This document shows positions 14,780 to 28,154 of a stretch of 64,000 bases of DNA, one piece after another. Under the pieces are notes generated by a model. That model had not been told where the DNA came from. It did no database searches and worked only from the letters and a program-made list of their open reading frames with translations. Numbering within the stretch: position 1 is the first letter of the stretch; the number at the start of each line of letters is the position of its first letter. This stretch comes from the human T2T-CHM13v2.0 reference genome, Homo sapiens, in the NCBI RefSeq assembly GCF_009914755.1, contig NC_060941.1, one strand, 5' to 3'. Both the position numbers and the translations under genes were made by a program.

Positions 14780-15584
14780 GGTGATGGTTAATTTGATGTG
14801 TCAACTTGGCTGGGCCATGGTGCTCAGACATTTGGCCAAAGCATTATGCTGAATGTTTCTGTGAAGGTGTTTTTTGAATGAGATTAACATTTACCTTGGC
14901 AGACTTTGAGTAAAGCAGATGACTTGCCACAGTGTGGGTGGGCCTCGCCCAATCAGTGGAAGGCCTGCGTAGAACAAAGATTGCCCTCCTCTGAGAAAGA
15001 GGGAGTCCTGACAGCAAACTGTGTTCACGCTGTAACCACAAGTCCTGCAGGGGTCTCCGGCTTGCTGGCCTCCCCCATCAGATTTTGGACTCACCAGACC
15101 TCTATAATCACATGTGCCAATTCCTTAAAATAAATCAATCTCTCTCTCTCTCCATTTCTGTCTGTCTCTCTTTGTTACCTCTGTCTCTGTATATCTCTGT
15201 GTCTCTCTGCTTCTGTCTCTGTTTGTCTCTCTGTGTCTCTCTGTGTGTGCATTTCTCTGTTTCATTCTGTCTCTCCATGTCTTTCTCTGTCTCTGTTCCT
15301 GTCTCCGTGTGTCTTTCCGTATCTCTCTCTGTCTCTGTCTCTTTCTGTCTCTTTGCCTCTCTGTCTCAATCCCTCTGTTTCTCTTTGTTTCTTTCTCTAT
15401 GTGTCTCTCTCTATGGTCTCTCTGTCTCTGTCTGTCCCTCTTTCTCTTATTACTTTCTCTATGTCTCTCTGTCTCTGTCTGTGTCTCTCTGTGTCTCTTT
15501 CTGTTTCTGTTTCTCTCCCTCTCTCTCTCTATCTCATACACGCCCCATATTAATCCTGTTTCTCTGCGAGCCCTGACTGATACA
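14780..15584 (+). mobile_element. MLT2-type (ERVL) solo LTR
   Basis: GTGATGGTTAATTTGATGTGTCAACTTGGCTGGGCCA...CTGTTTCTCTG...CCCTGACTGATACA; TSD GGGAG/GTGAG. Confidence 0.85.
15138..15535 (+). repeat. (CT)n/(CTGT)n low-complexity tract inside MLT2
   Basis: About 400 bp of pyrimidine-rich degenerate microsatellite. Confidence 0.93.
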
Positions 15585-15769
15585 GTGAGAGGGAGAGAGG
15601 CACAGCCTTTGTGTATCCTGATCTTGGAAGTGCCACCCCACCACTTTGCCACTTTCTATTTGTTAGGAGTTGCTGGCTCCAGCCCACACTCAGAAGGTGG
15701 GGTTTACCAAAGTGGGTGGGGAATCACTGGAAGCCAGTGTCAGGGGAAGAACCAAAATTCTTGTGAAAC

Positions 15770-15900
15770 CTGTCAGTTGCATGATCTTGGGGCAAGTGAT
15801 TTAGCCCCATCAGTCTTGTGTTCTCATCTCATCTCTGAGGGCTTTAGTACCTCCTCCTGGCACGTGTTGTCAAGTAGGAAGAATGCATGAAATACAACTC
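15770..15900 (+). mobile_element. MIR fragment
   Basis: TGATCTTGGGGCAAGTGATTTAGCC...TTCTCATCT. Confidence 0.6.
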
Positions 15901-16149
15901 AATAAATGTGTATGACAATGAGGAGTTAAGCACTTGAGATCTTCCACTGTTTTGTAGAGCTAGCTGCATCCTTGAAGATGAATGTGTTTGGCCTGGTCAC
16001 ATTGGTGTGAGGACACGGAGGCTCAGGAAGGCAGAGCAACTTGCCGAAGGTTGATTTTCTCATTTATTCCCCAACTGCCCCCTCTGTCAACTTTCCTAGT
16101 CCTCGGAATTCTGCAGCAACTGAAATCTCCTTCCAGCCTAAGCCCATGA

Positions 16150-16485
<336 letters not shown>

Positions 16486-17350
16486 GAAAATTATTTTCTT
16501 TTAATGTTTTTTTTTTGTTTTCCGAGCACCTATTGTTTGCCAAGTCATCTACCTGGTATTGGCGTGGTCTATCTAAAAAGGTGACATTTCCACTAAAACC
16601 TGAAGGGTAAAAAGTAGGAGTTAGGGGAAGAAAGTCCATGCTTAAGAAAGCTTGGGCCACCCCCAGTCCAGGGGGAGCAAGCGTCTCCCCACGGTCCACA
16701 GAAATGGTCTTAATAAAGCTAGAAGTGACTTCATGGTTGCCAAACCCAAGGGCACCACTGCATTTGACTGCTCTGTATCTGTTTCACCCGAAGTGCCCTC
16801 AGACTTGACATCCTCTGCCTCTTTGTTCTCCATGACACTCATCTGTGCTGGCTCTGCTCCTACATCTTCGAACCTCCTCCTTAGACTCACTCACAGCCTG
16901 CTTTGCCTACATGATGTCCTCTGAATGTCTGTCTCATCTGCTCACTTAACAAAGCCTCATGGTCAAATCTTGTGATGATGAAGCCCAGCCCTATGTCTCC
17001 AGGACTCAGGTCCCCTCTGTCCTCAGACTTGGATATCCGCCTAACTGGCTGTTATCATGTCTTCTGGGTACCGTGAAAGCCCCTCAAACTCAGCAGCCAA
17101 AATGCACCACAATTTCTACTTTCTAGGGCCCACATATGGACCCTTCTCTTTTATATCCAGAGCCAGTGACACTTGGGCCACCATGTCAGAAACCTGGAAG
17201 TCAGCTAATTCTCCTCCTTCTTCCATAGTTGATCAATCAATAAGCCCTATTGATATTGCTTCCTGAATGTGCCTTGAATTGGTCCTTTTTTCCCCATCCC
17301 TGCTGCTATTTCAGGCCCTTGTCATTTCATGCCTGGACTTTGCAATAGCC

Positions 17351-17651
17351 TTTTTTTTTTTTTTTTGAGATAGGATCTCACTCTGTCGTCCAGGCTGGAG
17401 TGCAGTGGTGCAATCATAGCTCACTGCAGCCCAACCTCCCAGGCTCAAGTGATCCTACTACCTCACTCTCCTGAGTAGCTGGGACTGTAGGTGTATGCCG
17501 TCATACCTGGCTATTTTTTCTTTTTTTGTTAGAGACAGGGTCTCCCTATGTTTGAGACCAGGCTGATCTCAAACTCCTGGCCTCAAGTGATCCTCCCACC
17601 TCAGCCTCCCAAAGTGTTGGGATCATAGGCATAAGCCACCATGCATTGCCC
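17351..17651 (-). mobile_element. AluJ
   Basis: ATCATAGCTCACTGCAGCC, GGCTCAAGTGATCC; TSD CAATAG(C/A)CTT. Confidence 0.92.
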
Positions 17652-18059
17652 CAATAGACTTCTAATGGTCCCAGCTTCTCCACCTCCTACTCCTCTTTCA
17701 AAGTCATCTTCCATACTACAACAAGAACGTGGTATTTAAAGTACACCTCTGACCATTTCAATCCTCAGTGCAAAACCCATCCAATAAACCTCAAGCTTCT
17801 TAATAAAAGATGCAGGACCCCTTCATGACCAAACCCTGCTTACTATTCGTGTCCTTCATAGCCCGCTTCTTCTACCTTTCCCTTGATATTCCAAGATAAA
17901 CTGCTTGTTGTTCTCTCAACACATTGTCCTGTTTCTCATTTTATACAAGTTGTTTCGTTGCTGAAATATTATTGTTCTCTATACCCACTCCATCTTCCAC
18001 TCTTCCTTCTTTTTTTCATCTAGATTACTTCTATTCATTCTTTAAGACCCAACAGATAG

Positions 18060-18367
18060 GGCCGGGTGTGTGGTGGCTCACGCCTGTAATCCCAGCACTT
18101 TGGGAGGCCAAGGCAGGTGGATCCCGAGGTCAGGAGATCAAGACCATCCTGACTAACATGGTGAAACCCTGTCTCTACTAAAAATACAAAAAAAAAAAAA
18201 AATCAGCCGGGCATGGTGTCACGTGCCTGTAATCCCAGCTACTCAGGAGGCTGAAGCAGGAGAATCACTTGAATCCGGGAGACGGAGGTTGCAGTAAGCC
18301 AAGATCGCATCACTGCACTCCAGCCTGGGGGACAGAGCAAGACTCTGTCTCCAAAAAAAAAAAAAAA
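18060..18367 (+). mobile_element. AluSc-like
   Basis: GAGGTCAGGAGATCAAGACCATCCTG; TSD AA(G/A)ACCCAACAGATA. Confidence 0.94.
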
Positions 18368-18959
18368 GAAAACCCAACAGATATTACCACTTCCAAAATG
18401 CCCTCCAGGATTGCCTTTATATTGTATTTACTATGTTTTATTAAAATCATCTGTTTAAATGTCAGTCTCCCCACTAGACTGTAAGCTCGTCAATATCAGG
18501 CACCATATGTATGTCTCAGAGCCTACCACATGGCTGGAACAAAATAATGTTCCATAACTACTTGTTCAACTGAATTCTCAAAATTTTCCTTCCATGTTAC
18601 TTTAGCTCTACATCAAGAACAACAAAAACTGAGGATTTTGAGAGTGATGTTTTGGCCTTGAAAACAATCTCTGTGCAAAGCACCAAGTGACATCTAAAGT
18701 CTGTGCCAGTAGGGACACCAAGAGTTGGCTTGAGGAGACATCATGGGCCTCCCCACCCTGAGCATTTAATGTCTGTGTGCAATTGACAATCAAAGGCCTA
18801 AAAACATTTTTACATTATTTTTGCCATCATATTTCTGTATCTGTTTCATCTGAGGCTTTTTCTTTTTTTCTTTTTCTTCTCCTTGGCTAGATCAAAAGCT
18901 TCCAGAGGTCAAAAATAGTGCCTTACGTTTCTCTTCTAGCCATCTAAGCATCAACCACA

Positions 18960-19955
18960 AGTAATTCAGTAAGTGTCCATTATAAACAAATACACCATAT
19001 GGCCAATAGTGTTCAGCACTGTTGACAGCTATAAAGCAGACCAGGGGATATAGTAGTGATGGGGCGAGGTGAGGGGTTAGGGCTGCCATCTACATGTGGT
19101 GGCTTCTCTGATATGGTGGCATGGGAGCAGAGACCTGCAGGAAGTGTCAGAGTAGGTGAGTCATGAATATATATGTAAAGTTGCTGCGTTAAAGAAAAGA
19201 TGGCCCAAACGCTTTGAATACTCCTCCTGTTGAGAAGTGGTGTCTATGTCCCCTGACCTTGAATCTGGGAGAGCTATGTAACTGTTTTGATTAATAGAGT
19301 ATGGTGGAATTAATGTTTTGTCAGTCTCTGGGCCCAGGCATTAAGAGAATAGCATCTTCCACTTCTTTTCTATCGGATGCTTGCTCTTGGTACCCAGCTG
19401 CCATGTTGTAAGGAAGCTCAAGCAGCCCTTGGAAGAGGCCTATGTGAAGAGAAACTGAAGATGCAGATCAATGACCCAGCTGAGCTCCCAGCTGACAGCC
19501 AGCACCAACTTTCTGTGAAGCCTAGTTGAGCCACCCCAGCTGATATCTTGTGGAGCAGAGACCAGCCATCTCTGCCCACTTCTGCAAAGTTTTCTGATTC
19601 ATGAACAAAATAAATGCTTGTTGCTATTTTAAGATACTAAGTGATGAGATGATTTGTAATACAGCAATAGATAGCTGCGATGGAAGCTTCTCTGATAGAA
19701 GACTGTAAAGGCAAAGACCTTAACTCAGGATAATGTTTGAAATGTTCTAGAGACGGTAAGGAGGCTAGTGTGATCGACCAGAGAATATAAGCAGCAGAGC
19801 AGTAGGAGGTGAGGTCAAAGAGGTCACTAGTGGCAAGGTCTTGAAGGACACTGCAAGACATGACAAGGACATCCGTTTTATTATGAGTCATATGGAAAGC
19901 ACTGGGGAGCGTTGCATAAAAGAGTAATATGATCTGGCTCATATTTTAACATTCA
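18960..19955 (-). mobile_element. L2 fragments flanking the MLT1 LTR
   Basis: GAGCAGAGACCTG...GAGT; AAGGAGGCTAGTGTG...GGAAAGCACTGG...TGATCTGGCTCATATTTTAA. Confidence 0.6.
19174..19680 (+). mobile_element. MLT1-type (F/G) solo LTR
   Basis: GATGGCCC...CCTTGAATCTGGG...CCAGCTGCCATGTTGTAAGGAAGC...AAATAAATG...TTGTAATACAGCAATAGATA. Confidence 0.85.
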
Positions 19956-20028
19956 CAGCACATGAAGCTGAATTATTCTTCAGTGGCTGAATTATTCAAT
20001 GGCTACCTATTAAATAAATACTTAAGTT

Positions 20029-20267
20029 CATGGTTCTTGATCCTGGCTGCACATTGGAATCAAAGGGGACTTAACTAAGAAAAGGAAATAATAATTCTTG
20101 GGATCCACCTCAGAACAATTGAATCCAGTCTTTGGGAATGGGCCAAGGCATTGATTTAAAACAAAAACAAAAGCAAAACAATCAAAACCAAAAACAAACA
20201 AACAAAAAAAAACAAAAACCACAACTTTCCCAATGATTAAGTGTGTAGTCAGAGTTGAGATCCATTG
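20029..20267. mobile_element. MER5B-like with (CAAAA)n insertion
   Basis: CATGGTTCTT...GGCTGCACATTGGAATCA...GTTGAGATCCATTG termini. Confidence 0.7.
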
Positions 20268-20274
20268 TCTAGAG

Positions 20275-20487
20275 CAGGGGTTGGCAAACTACAGCCCATG
20301 GGCTAAATGGCCCATCATCCAATTTTATAAAGCCTCATTGAAACAGAACTACACTCACTCACTTACATTTTGTCTAAGGCAACTTTCCTGATGCAATGCC
20401 AGAGCTGAGTAGTTGCAACAACCACATAATCTGCAAAGCCTAAAACATTAACTATCTGGCTCTTTCCAGAAAACGTACGCCTGCCTG
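20275..20487 (+). mobile_element. MER58A
   Basis: CAGGGGTTGGCAAACTACAGCCC...GAGTAGTTGCAACA...GCAAAGCCTAAAA...ACTATCTGGC. Confidence 0.85.
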
Positions 20488-20495
20488 GCCTACAG

Positions 20496-20634
20496 CAGTA
20501 GTTCTTAAATCACCAGGGAACTTTGTAAAAATGCAAAAGCCCAGGCCCTCTCCTACTTCCATGAGCCTGGGCCTCTGAGTCTTTATTAGCTCCCTGGGGT
20601 GAGTCTGCTACACACCAAAGTTGGAGAACCCCTG
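20496..20634. mobile_element. MER5-like MITE
   Basis: CAGTAGTTCTTAAA...AAAAATGCA...AAAGTTGGAGAACCCCTG termini. Confidence 0.65.
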
Positions 20635-21219
20635 TCCTGACTGATGAGGAAGACCAGAGAAACACCAACCAAGGCTGAGTGTGAGTGAAAACTGAGCTGT
20701 GCTTCTGTCTGGATGTCCTTTTGTCTCTCATTATGTCAGCCTTTCCCCTCAGGGAGCTGCAGATTCAAACAGGCTTCTCTGCCCAAACTGACAAATTGAG
20801 ATGTCACAAGAACCATTTCAGCTGGTCTTGAAAGCAGGGGAAATCACAGCCTCTGCATGTTCGTAGGCAGCATACCTGGCTGCAGTCAGGCCCTGCATGA
20901 TGTACACAACATGCAAAAGCTGGTTATGTTCTTGGGCAGTATCTATGAGGTCCATACCTTAGTCCCCACAGCTGCCTCTCATGTGGTGTCTTGCTCATGG
21001 GAACAGCCCCTAACACGTAATTGCTTTAGTATAGTCGCACTTGGCCATGACCATGCATCATTAGAACCTGTATGGAGCCTAAAATAAATAAACAATAATC
21101 TGATGCTTGGTCTACACTCCTGGGGATTCTAATTTAGTAGGTCTGAGGTGGGATCTAGTTAGATGGCCGTTATGCACAGCCACCTTAGCTGGGATTATTG
21201 TAGGCTCTAGAACCTCAAG

Positions 21220-21400
21220 CAGTGACTTCCAAACTTGAACATGCATCAGAAACCCTGGAGGGCTCATTAAAAACACAGATTGCTGGGTCCCACCCTAGAG
21301 TTTCTGGGAGTTCTGTGTGGAACCCAAGCAAATGCCTTTCCAGCAAGTTCCCAGGTGATACTGAGGCTGCTGCTCTGGGGAGAAGATACTGAGAACCACT
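21220..21400. mobile_element. MER5A
   Basis: CAAACTTGAACATGCATCAGAA...CAAGTTCCCAGGTGAT...TGAGAACCACT. Confidence 0.85.
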
Positions 21401-22759
21401 ATTTTTGTGCATAGGGAGGTGCTACCATGAAAGGTACTTCAACAGGCTAAGAAGCTTGGGCTTGGTTCAGGGTATTTGGATCCTATTGTTAAACCATTGG
21501 CAAGTCCATGCAGATCTCAGTTTTGTTGTGGATAGTTACCAAGTCCATAGGCTGATAGTCAGATAATTTCTCCTGGAAGGTACTGCGGAAGGACAAAGGA
21601 TGATGAATAAAGAATGAATAAAACAAAGCCTGAGGAAACAAAGCATTTCAAAATGGAAATTATTCAAAGCTCCTTTAAAACCCACCACCAGTGAGAACCT
21701 GAAAGCATAATTATATAACTCATGAATATAATTAGGTGCTTCCCTTCCCTCTCCACCCACTTCTCCTAAGGCTTTGGGTCTGAGAGAAGTAGGAGGGGGT
21801 CCTGAGAGTCTCAGAACTCACAACATAATATCCTGTCTTCTTCTGTTCTTATAAACTTCCTCAAAAAATAGTACTTGGATCTGGCTGGAGCCAAACCCCA
21901 GAGCTCCCTGTCCATCAATTAATATTTATGGGGCCTTCACAATGAGCTAAGCAGGCATATAAAAGACAACAGTACCTGCAGACTGTCATTAAGCCAAAGA
22001 AGAACAAGCACCTGGCCTTCCTTCTCACAAGGTGTTGGCAGCTGGATGGTTGTGTCTGGGTCAAAATGAACATTCAGCCACTCAGCCCAGAAACATCTCT
22101 TGGACGCTCACTCTGTTGCAGACACTCCCCTAAGCACTGGAGAGATGGCAATGAACAAAACAGACACCCTGCCCCAACAGAAGTGAGAGGTGAGAGGTTC
22201 TAAACAGCTTGTGGACAAGGTCTGGTGGTAGATATCTACACTAGTGGAGCCCCAGTCTGGTGACCGGGTCAGCCAGTCTGTTCAAAGGCTGTCTGTTCAT
22301 TTCATTTGTCCCTTCCCATAAACTACTACTGGGAATTAGACATCTGACATGTGAAGGCCTGTGACTGATGGGGTCCAAGTTTAGAAACGTTAAATGCATT
22401 GCCTCCAAGGATGACTCAGATGCTGGTTGGATTTCCATGTATCTTGCCTAAATAAGATTTTCACTCTGAAGCTGTTTGGAGCCAAAGCATCCAAAACTCT
22501 CCAGAGCATCTTCTCTCCCCAGCAGCCCTGCTCGCCGGAACTTATGTGCCAGTTCAGAGGCTACCTTGACCCTTGCTGGAATCTTGGAGTTCTCCAAGAT
22601 GTTCTCCAAGTTCTCAAAGGTGGCTCCTTAACTCCTCCAAAAAGGAAATGTGGTTTTCCAGTGTATTGCGTGCCCTTTTTGAAAGGTGGCTTAGATACTA
22701 GGGAACCCAGATCCCCAGATCTGAGCATGACTGTTGGCCACAACAGAAGTGTCCCTGAT

Positions 22760-22880
22760 CAGGACCCTGCAACTGTAAGGTGCATGGAGGCAGGTGCCAT
22801 TTTTCTTGTGCATCGTGGCAACCCCAGCACATAGCACAGGACCTGGAGCTCAATGGGCTGGTGAAGGAATGAATCAGAAA
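22760..22880 (+). mobile_element. L2 3' end
   Basis: ACTGTAAG...GGCAGG...CCCCAGCACATAGCACAG...GAATGAAT. Confidence 0.65.
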
Positions 22881-23517
22881 CACTTTATGGAATTTGAAGT
22901 CCCATGGAACTCTGGCCAAGAAATCTCACCACCTCAAGCTCCTCATGTTAACCTCACCAAGGACACAATGCACTCCCATTGGAGCATGGAGGTCAGACAT
23001 GAGGTGGAGGTGGTAGGAGTGGGAATCTAAATGAAGACCATGGAACAGGAGAACCGGCCACTGGAAGACCTAGATAGCTGCCCCATGAGGGAGGAAGGAG
23101 AGAAATGAGTTGTGGGCTAGAGAAAAAACACTGAGTCCACATCCCTTCCTCCTCCAACCCCACTCCCAAACATTAGTTAAATGGGGAGAATAGGAGTCAA
23201 TTCTGAAAGAAAAGAATTTAAAATTATTCCCTTCCAAGACAATGGACCTGGGAAAAATGGAGATTATGAGTGCTGAGTCAAGATTGAGCCCCATATTGGA
23301 GGTAAGGAGCAGGAAGGCATGAAACATAAAAGAAATAGAATACTCAGTTTCTGTGTTCAGTATTGTTGTGGTATGATAGAAGAATGTTTTAAGCATGCAT
23401 AGCATGTTAGCACAAACATGTTAGCTTTAATGCAATTCATTATATGCCTATAATATATGTAAGCAAACCTAATATACATTCTGCAGGAAAGCAAGAATCA
23501 GAAAACAAGGTAAGTTT

Positions 23518-24185
<668 letters not shown>

Positions 24186-24671
24186 AAAAATTGTTAAAGG
24201 GCCATTACATGATATGTCAGATTGGAACATCCAGTGGGGATGGGGGTATGTCTGTATGGAGAAAACCGAGTTGCTGTACAGAGTTGAAAATTGCTCCCTG
24301 AGTCAGAGCTTCCAAGCAATGGGAAAGGGGGAAGACCATATGTCAACACTGGCTAAGAGCTACCCCAACATTCAGGAGGCCCTCTCAGGAAGCATGGAAG
24401 GTCACAGGCAATTGGAGACTTGTTCTTTTTTTTTTTTTTTTATCAGATAAGCACTTGGTGGAGTATTCAAAGATCAGCAGGTCCCAGCTTGAACTTTCTA
24501 AAGAAGTCATGGCCATATACCCTAGATTTGGTACAAGAATGTGGGCAGGGAAACCAGGATTCAGTTTGCCCCTTGATGACAGACCCATCAAATCCACTGG
24601 AGCTCCAGTCTTGGCAAGGCCTCCAAAACTCTATGGGGATAAACTGCCCCCTCCATCCCACTGCCGGGTGT

Positions 24672-24830
24672 CTGAGAGTTGCTATTTGAGAAAATGGTAA
24701 GCAAAATGAAATAAGTGTGGTATTTACCGCTGTTAATTAACAGCAAGGTGTTCATGAGTAATGTTGTGGTATTAAGGGTGTGGAGCAGTTTTTCTTATTG
24801 ACTCCCTCCTTTGCAGGGTTATAAACTCCA
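24672..24830 (+). other. Unassigned element, copy A (paralog of 30903-31057)
   Basis: Core 24730-24791 matches 30959-31020 at 47/62 positions without gaps; contains the palindrome GCTGTTAATTAACAGC. Confidence 0.75.
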
Positions 24831-25419
24831 GGAGAGTTGTTCCCTCCTGGCTGAAACTTGGCAGCTGGCCTGGGGTTCTTCTTGTGGCTGGTGTAGGACC
24901 GGCCCACTCATCAGCCTGTTGAGATCTGCCTCCCTTTCTACCATAGTCACTGCTGGGGCCCTGAGCTTCTGGAAAATGTCTTATTATAAGCTACTCATGC
25001 TGTGACACTGGCGTTTGAAGTCCCTAAAACAACGAATTAAAGAGTGAGCCTTACATGCTCTAGAAACATCCAAGTTCAAATGAAGGCACCCAAAAAGCCA
25101 ACGGAAGATTGTCTATGAAGCAAACAAGGCTGTCTTTGTACAGCAGGTGGGTGCAAAAGTGTTAAACCAAGAGCCACTCTGTAATTCTCCTGGATCAGTA
25201 GTCAACATTTTTAGCAAAGATTCCCAGAGGGTTGCTTCAGATGAGAAGATTTATCAGGGAGTGAGTTGCGGGGTGGTGCATCTTTTATTTTGGATTAAAT
25301 TTATAACACGCTCTGGCTTCTCATTCCTTGAATAATTGAAACATCCCACTATGTTTTACACTTTTCACTTTCTATGTTTTTTAACACAAAAAAAATCATT
25401 TTAATTTTTCTCCCCATCA

Positions 25420-25566
25420 ATAACTCTCTGAAGGAGGCAAGGGGGGTATTGTTACTCCAATTTTGCAGATAAAGAAATCGAGGTTTAGAGAATTCAGATG
25501 ACCTTCCTAGATTCATATGACAGTGCCCAGTCTCAGACTCCATCTTCTGACACCAAGCCCAGTGCT
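25420..25566 (-). mobile_element. MIR
   Basis: ATTTTGCAGATAAAGAAATCGAGGTTTAGAGA...TCTTCTGAC...AAGCCCAGTGCT. Confidence 0.7.
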
Positions 25567-27112
25567 CAGATTTTCCACCCTAATGTCTTCTATAAAAAAT
25601 AAGAGTCAGCATTTTTCTCCCACCTGGTCCCACATCCTGCAAAGCTGACTGGCAAGCAGGTTGATGGCAATGTGTTGTGACTTCCCCTCTTGGAAAGGAA
25701 GTGTTCTCAGTGAGTGGTGATTCTCTTCTGCTTAAATTTAGAGAAACTTGGTTCAGATTGGCTTGGACTTCTGATGGCTAGGGATCCAAGATGAAGGGTC
25801 ATTCTCAACTCTCTTAATCAGAATTTTGATCAGAGGAAAAAAGAACACAAGAGAGGAGACAACTCTGAGGATCATGACTAGACCATTATCTCCCAATCAG
25901 ACAAAGGCAACACTAGCACAACCTCCTCAAAGACAATAATATGGTACAAGGAACCAACAAATTAGTAACCTGGAGATTTTAATTAGTGAGTTGAGAACTA
26001 GACCCAACAGGAACTCCTCCCTAGAAATTCTTCCTGTTCCAACCACCTGGCAGGAACATTCATTCCTATCTGGAAATGTTTTCAAGAAAGCTGGCAATAA
26101 CCAGCTCAACCAGTCCCATCCTCTAAGACGAAGGGAAGTAACTCTTGGAATAGTGACCAAAGCCCAGCTGACGACTGCGGCAGGTCCCAGAGACCCATGG
26201 AAAAGGGAAAGGACATTGGTCACAGCTGCCTTCGATGTCTTTGTAAATCTTGGCAGAACCATGCAGAAACAAAAGACCAAGAAAGACACCCCAGTTTCAA
26301 ACATGGAGATCGAACGGCTACTCATAATTATCCACCTGAACAGAATTGCACTAAGAGTGCATAAAGAGATATTTTATTTCCTTTAGAGATGAACGCAATA
26401 TGCTTTATTTTGCCATTGCTTTCCCTTCCTACCTAAGGCAATTTGGCTCACATTTACGTATTGTGTATTCCTCAATCTCATATTACCTGTGGAATGGAAA
26501 AGAGAAGTGATGAGAAAAGAACACAGCCTGAATATGAAGGACACAGCATGGACATATCATGCATACATGATCTGTATGGGATATGGTCCTTGGTTCTGTC
26601 TCAGAGCCCTAGCTCACCAATGAGGGGAAGCAATCCTGGAATTCATTTTTATGTCTCCTGCATCCAGGAAATCTCTCGACCACTGCTGGTCTTCAAGTTC
26701 CTCCTAACCTGTCTCCCACTCCTCATCTTCCTTATCAATGGTTGCCTCCAATATGGATCCCACACTTTTTTTCTCAGGGAAGCCACCCTTCCCCTCACTC
26801 CCTACTTATTTTGTACCTTGCAATCTTAGCATCCTGCTGGGTGCTAATGAAGCATCTTACCCACATGTGTCTGAAAACTCTGGAGAAAGTGAGTCCTAAG
26901 AGTAGGGAAGCTGGTGGGAGCTCAAGTTTATGTTAAACCCTCTTTAGTAGGATTATGCAGCTGATTTGCTTACAAGTTTCCTAAGAAGCAAGCCTTCTTC
27001 ACCAAGGCAAGCATCACTGTTATTTTCTTAGAGATGGCCCATCTAGTCTTACATGCACGTTCCTTCTGTTCACATGGTGTAGAATTTGTCCCTTTTCAAA
27101 ACAATAACCCTG

Positions 27113-27409
<297 letters not shown>

Positions 27410-28154
27410 GACCGAACAAACCTGGAATTTTTGTTCTAAAATGTATTTGATTCCTTTCAGAGACTTCCTTGTATAATAACAGTATAGTATGAACAGATGT
27501 AAGTTATCCACTGGAGGTGGGTAGTGACAGTTACAATTAGATAATGCTGATGACCTAATCTCTCCCTAGTTTATCCCACTGCAAACTGATAATTGAGAGG
27601 TGGCTTTTCAGAGTCTTTATTTCTGTGAACAAAGCTTACCTTGAACTTCTCATGATGACATGAAATAGAAGTAAAAGTAACAACTAAAAGAGCCCTGGAC
27701 GTTCCCCTATTGTGTGATATGTTACATTGCTGCAAAGTGACAACAAGCAAGACGTAAGGGTTTTATCAGAAAAGGCTGGGCTGGCTACTCACATCACTCG
27801 ATGGAAAAATTAGTCTTTTCTGCAGAGGATGAATGCTCTTCTCAGCTGAGCTCACAGACGTGGAAGAGTTGCGCATTTAACCAAAAAAAGTGGGGGGTGG
27901 GGAAGTTCACTTAGCCAGCCAGATTATTCAAATAAAACCTGTGATCAGCGGGCAGCTGATCATTCTCACATCTTTAAACAGGTATGAATAGGTTACACAA
28001 AATAGAACCGCAAAGTAATATCACCAAAAGGGAAACCCATGAGAGTTTAATACATCCTTGGAAGAACTTCACCAACAAAGCAATGCTTGCAGGGCAAAGA
28101 ACTATCCCATCATTCACATGATGTATTTATCATTTGAAAGCCTTTTCACATCTC

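Larger units (their letters stand above)
14446..15740 (-). mobile_element. MLT1-type LTR split by an MLT2 insertion
   Basis: CTATTGCT...ACCCCAAA...TCTCATAGTTTCTGTGGGTCAGGAAT; resumes after 15585 (CTTGGAAGT...CACTTTGCCAC...GCCCACACTCA). Confidence 0.75.
16720..18575 (+). mobile_element. L2 3' region interrupted by two Alus
   Basis: CCTCAAACTCAGC, CCTGGACTTTGCAATAGCC, TCTCCCCACTAGACTGTAAGCTC...TTGTTCAACTGAAT. Confidence 0.7.

Noticed and set aside
15085-15890. ORFs of 163-215 aa rich in S/L/C/V or R/E/Q
   Set aside because: Translations of the CT microsatellite inside an LTR.
23505-23517. Strong donor AAG|GTAAGT, and similar isolated donors near 39834, 47882 and 48460
   Set aside because: No supported exon chain or reading frame; the first lies in an Alu TSD.
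24730-24791. Coding reading of the paralogous cores (LLINSKVFMSNVVVLRVW versus LVIDSKFLMSNFIALRVC)
   Set aside because: Mismatches mostly avoid one codon position, but both frames are closed by nearby stops, most changes are non-synonymous and no flanking splice sites fit. PhyloCSF would settle it.
25927-26386. Overlapping 131/132-aa ORFs on opposite strands
   Set aside because: No recognisable domain or splice context; length within chance expectation.
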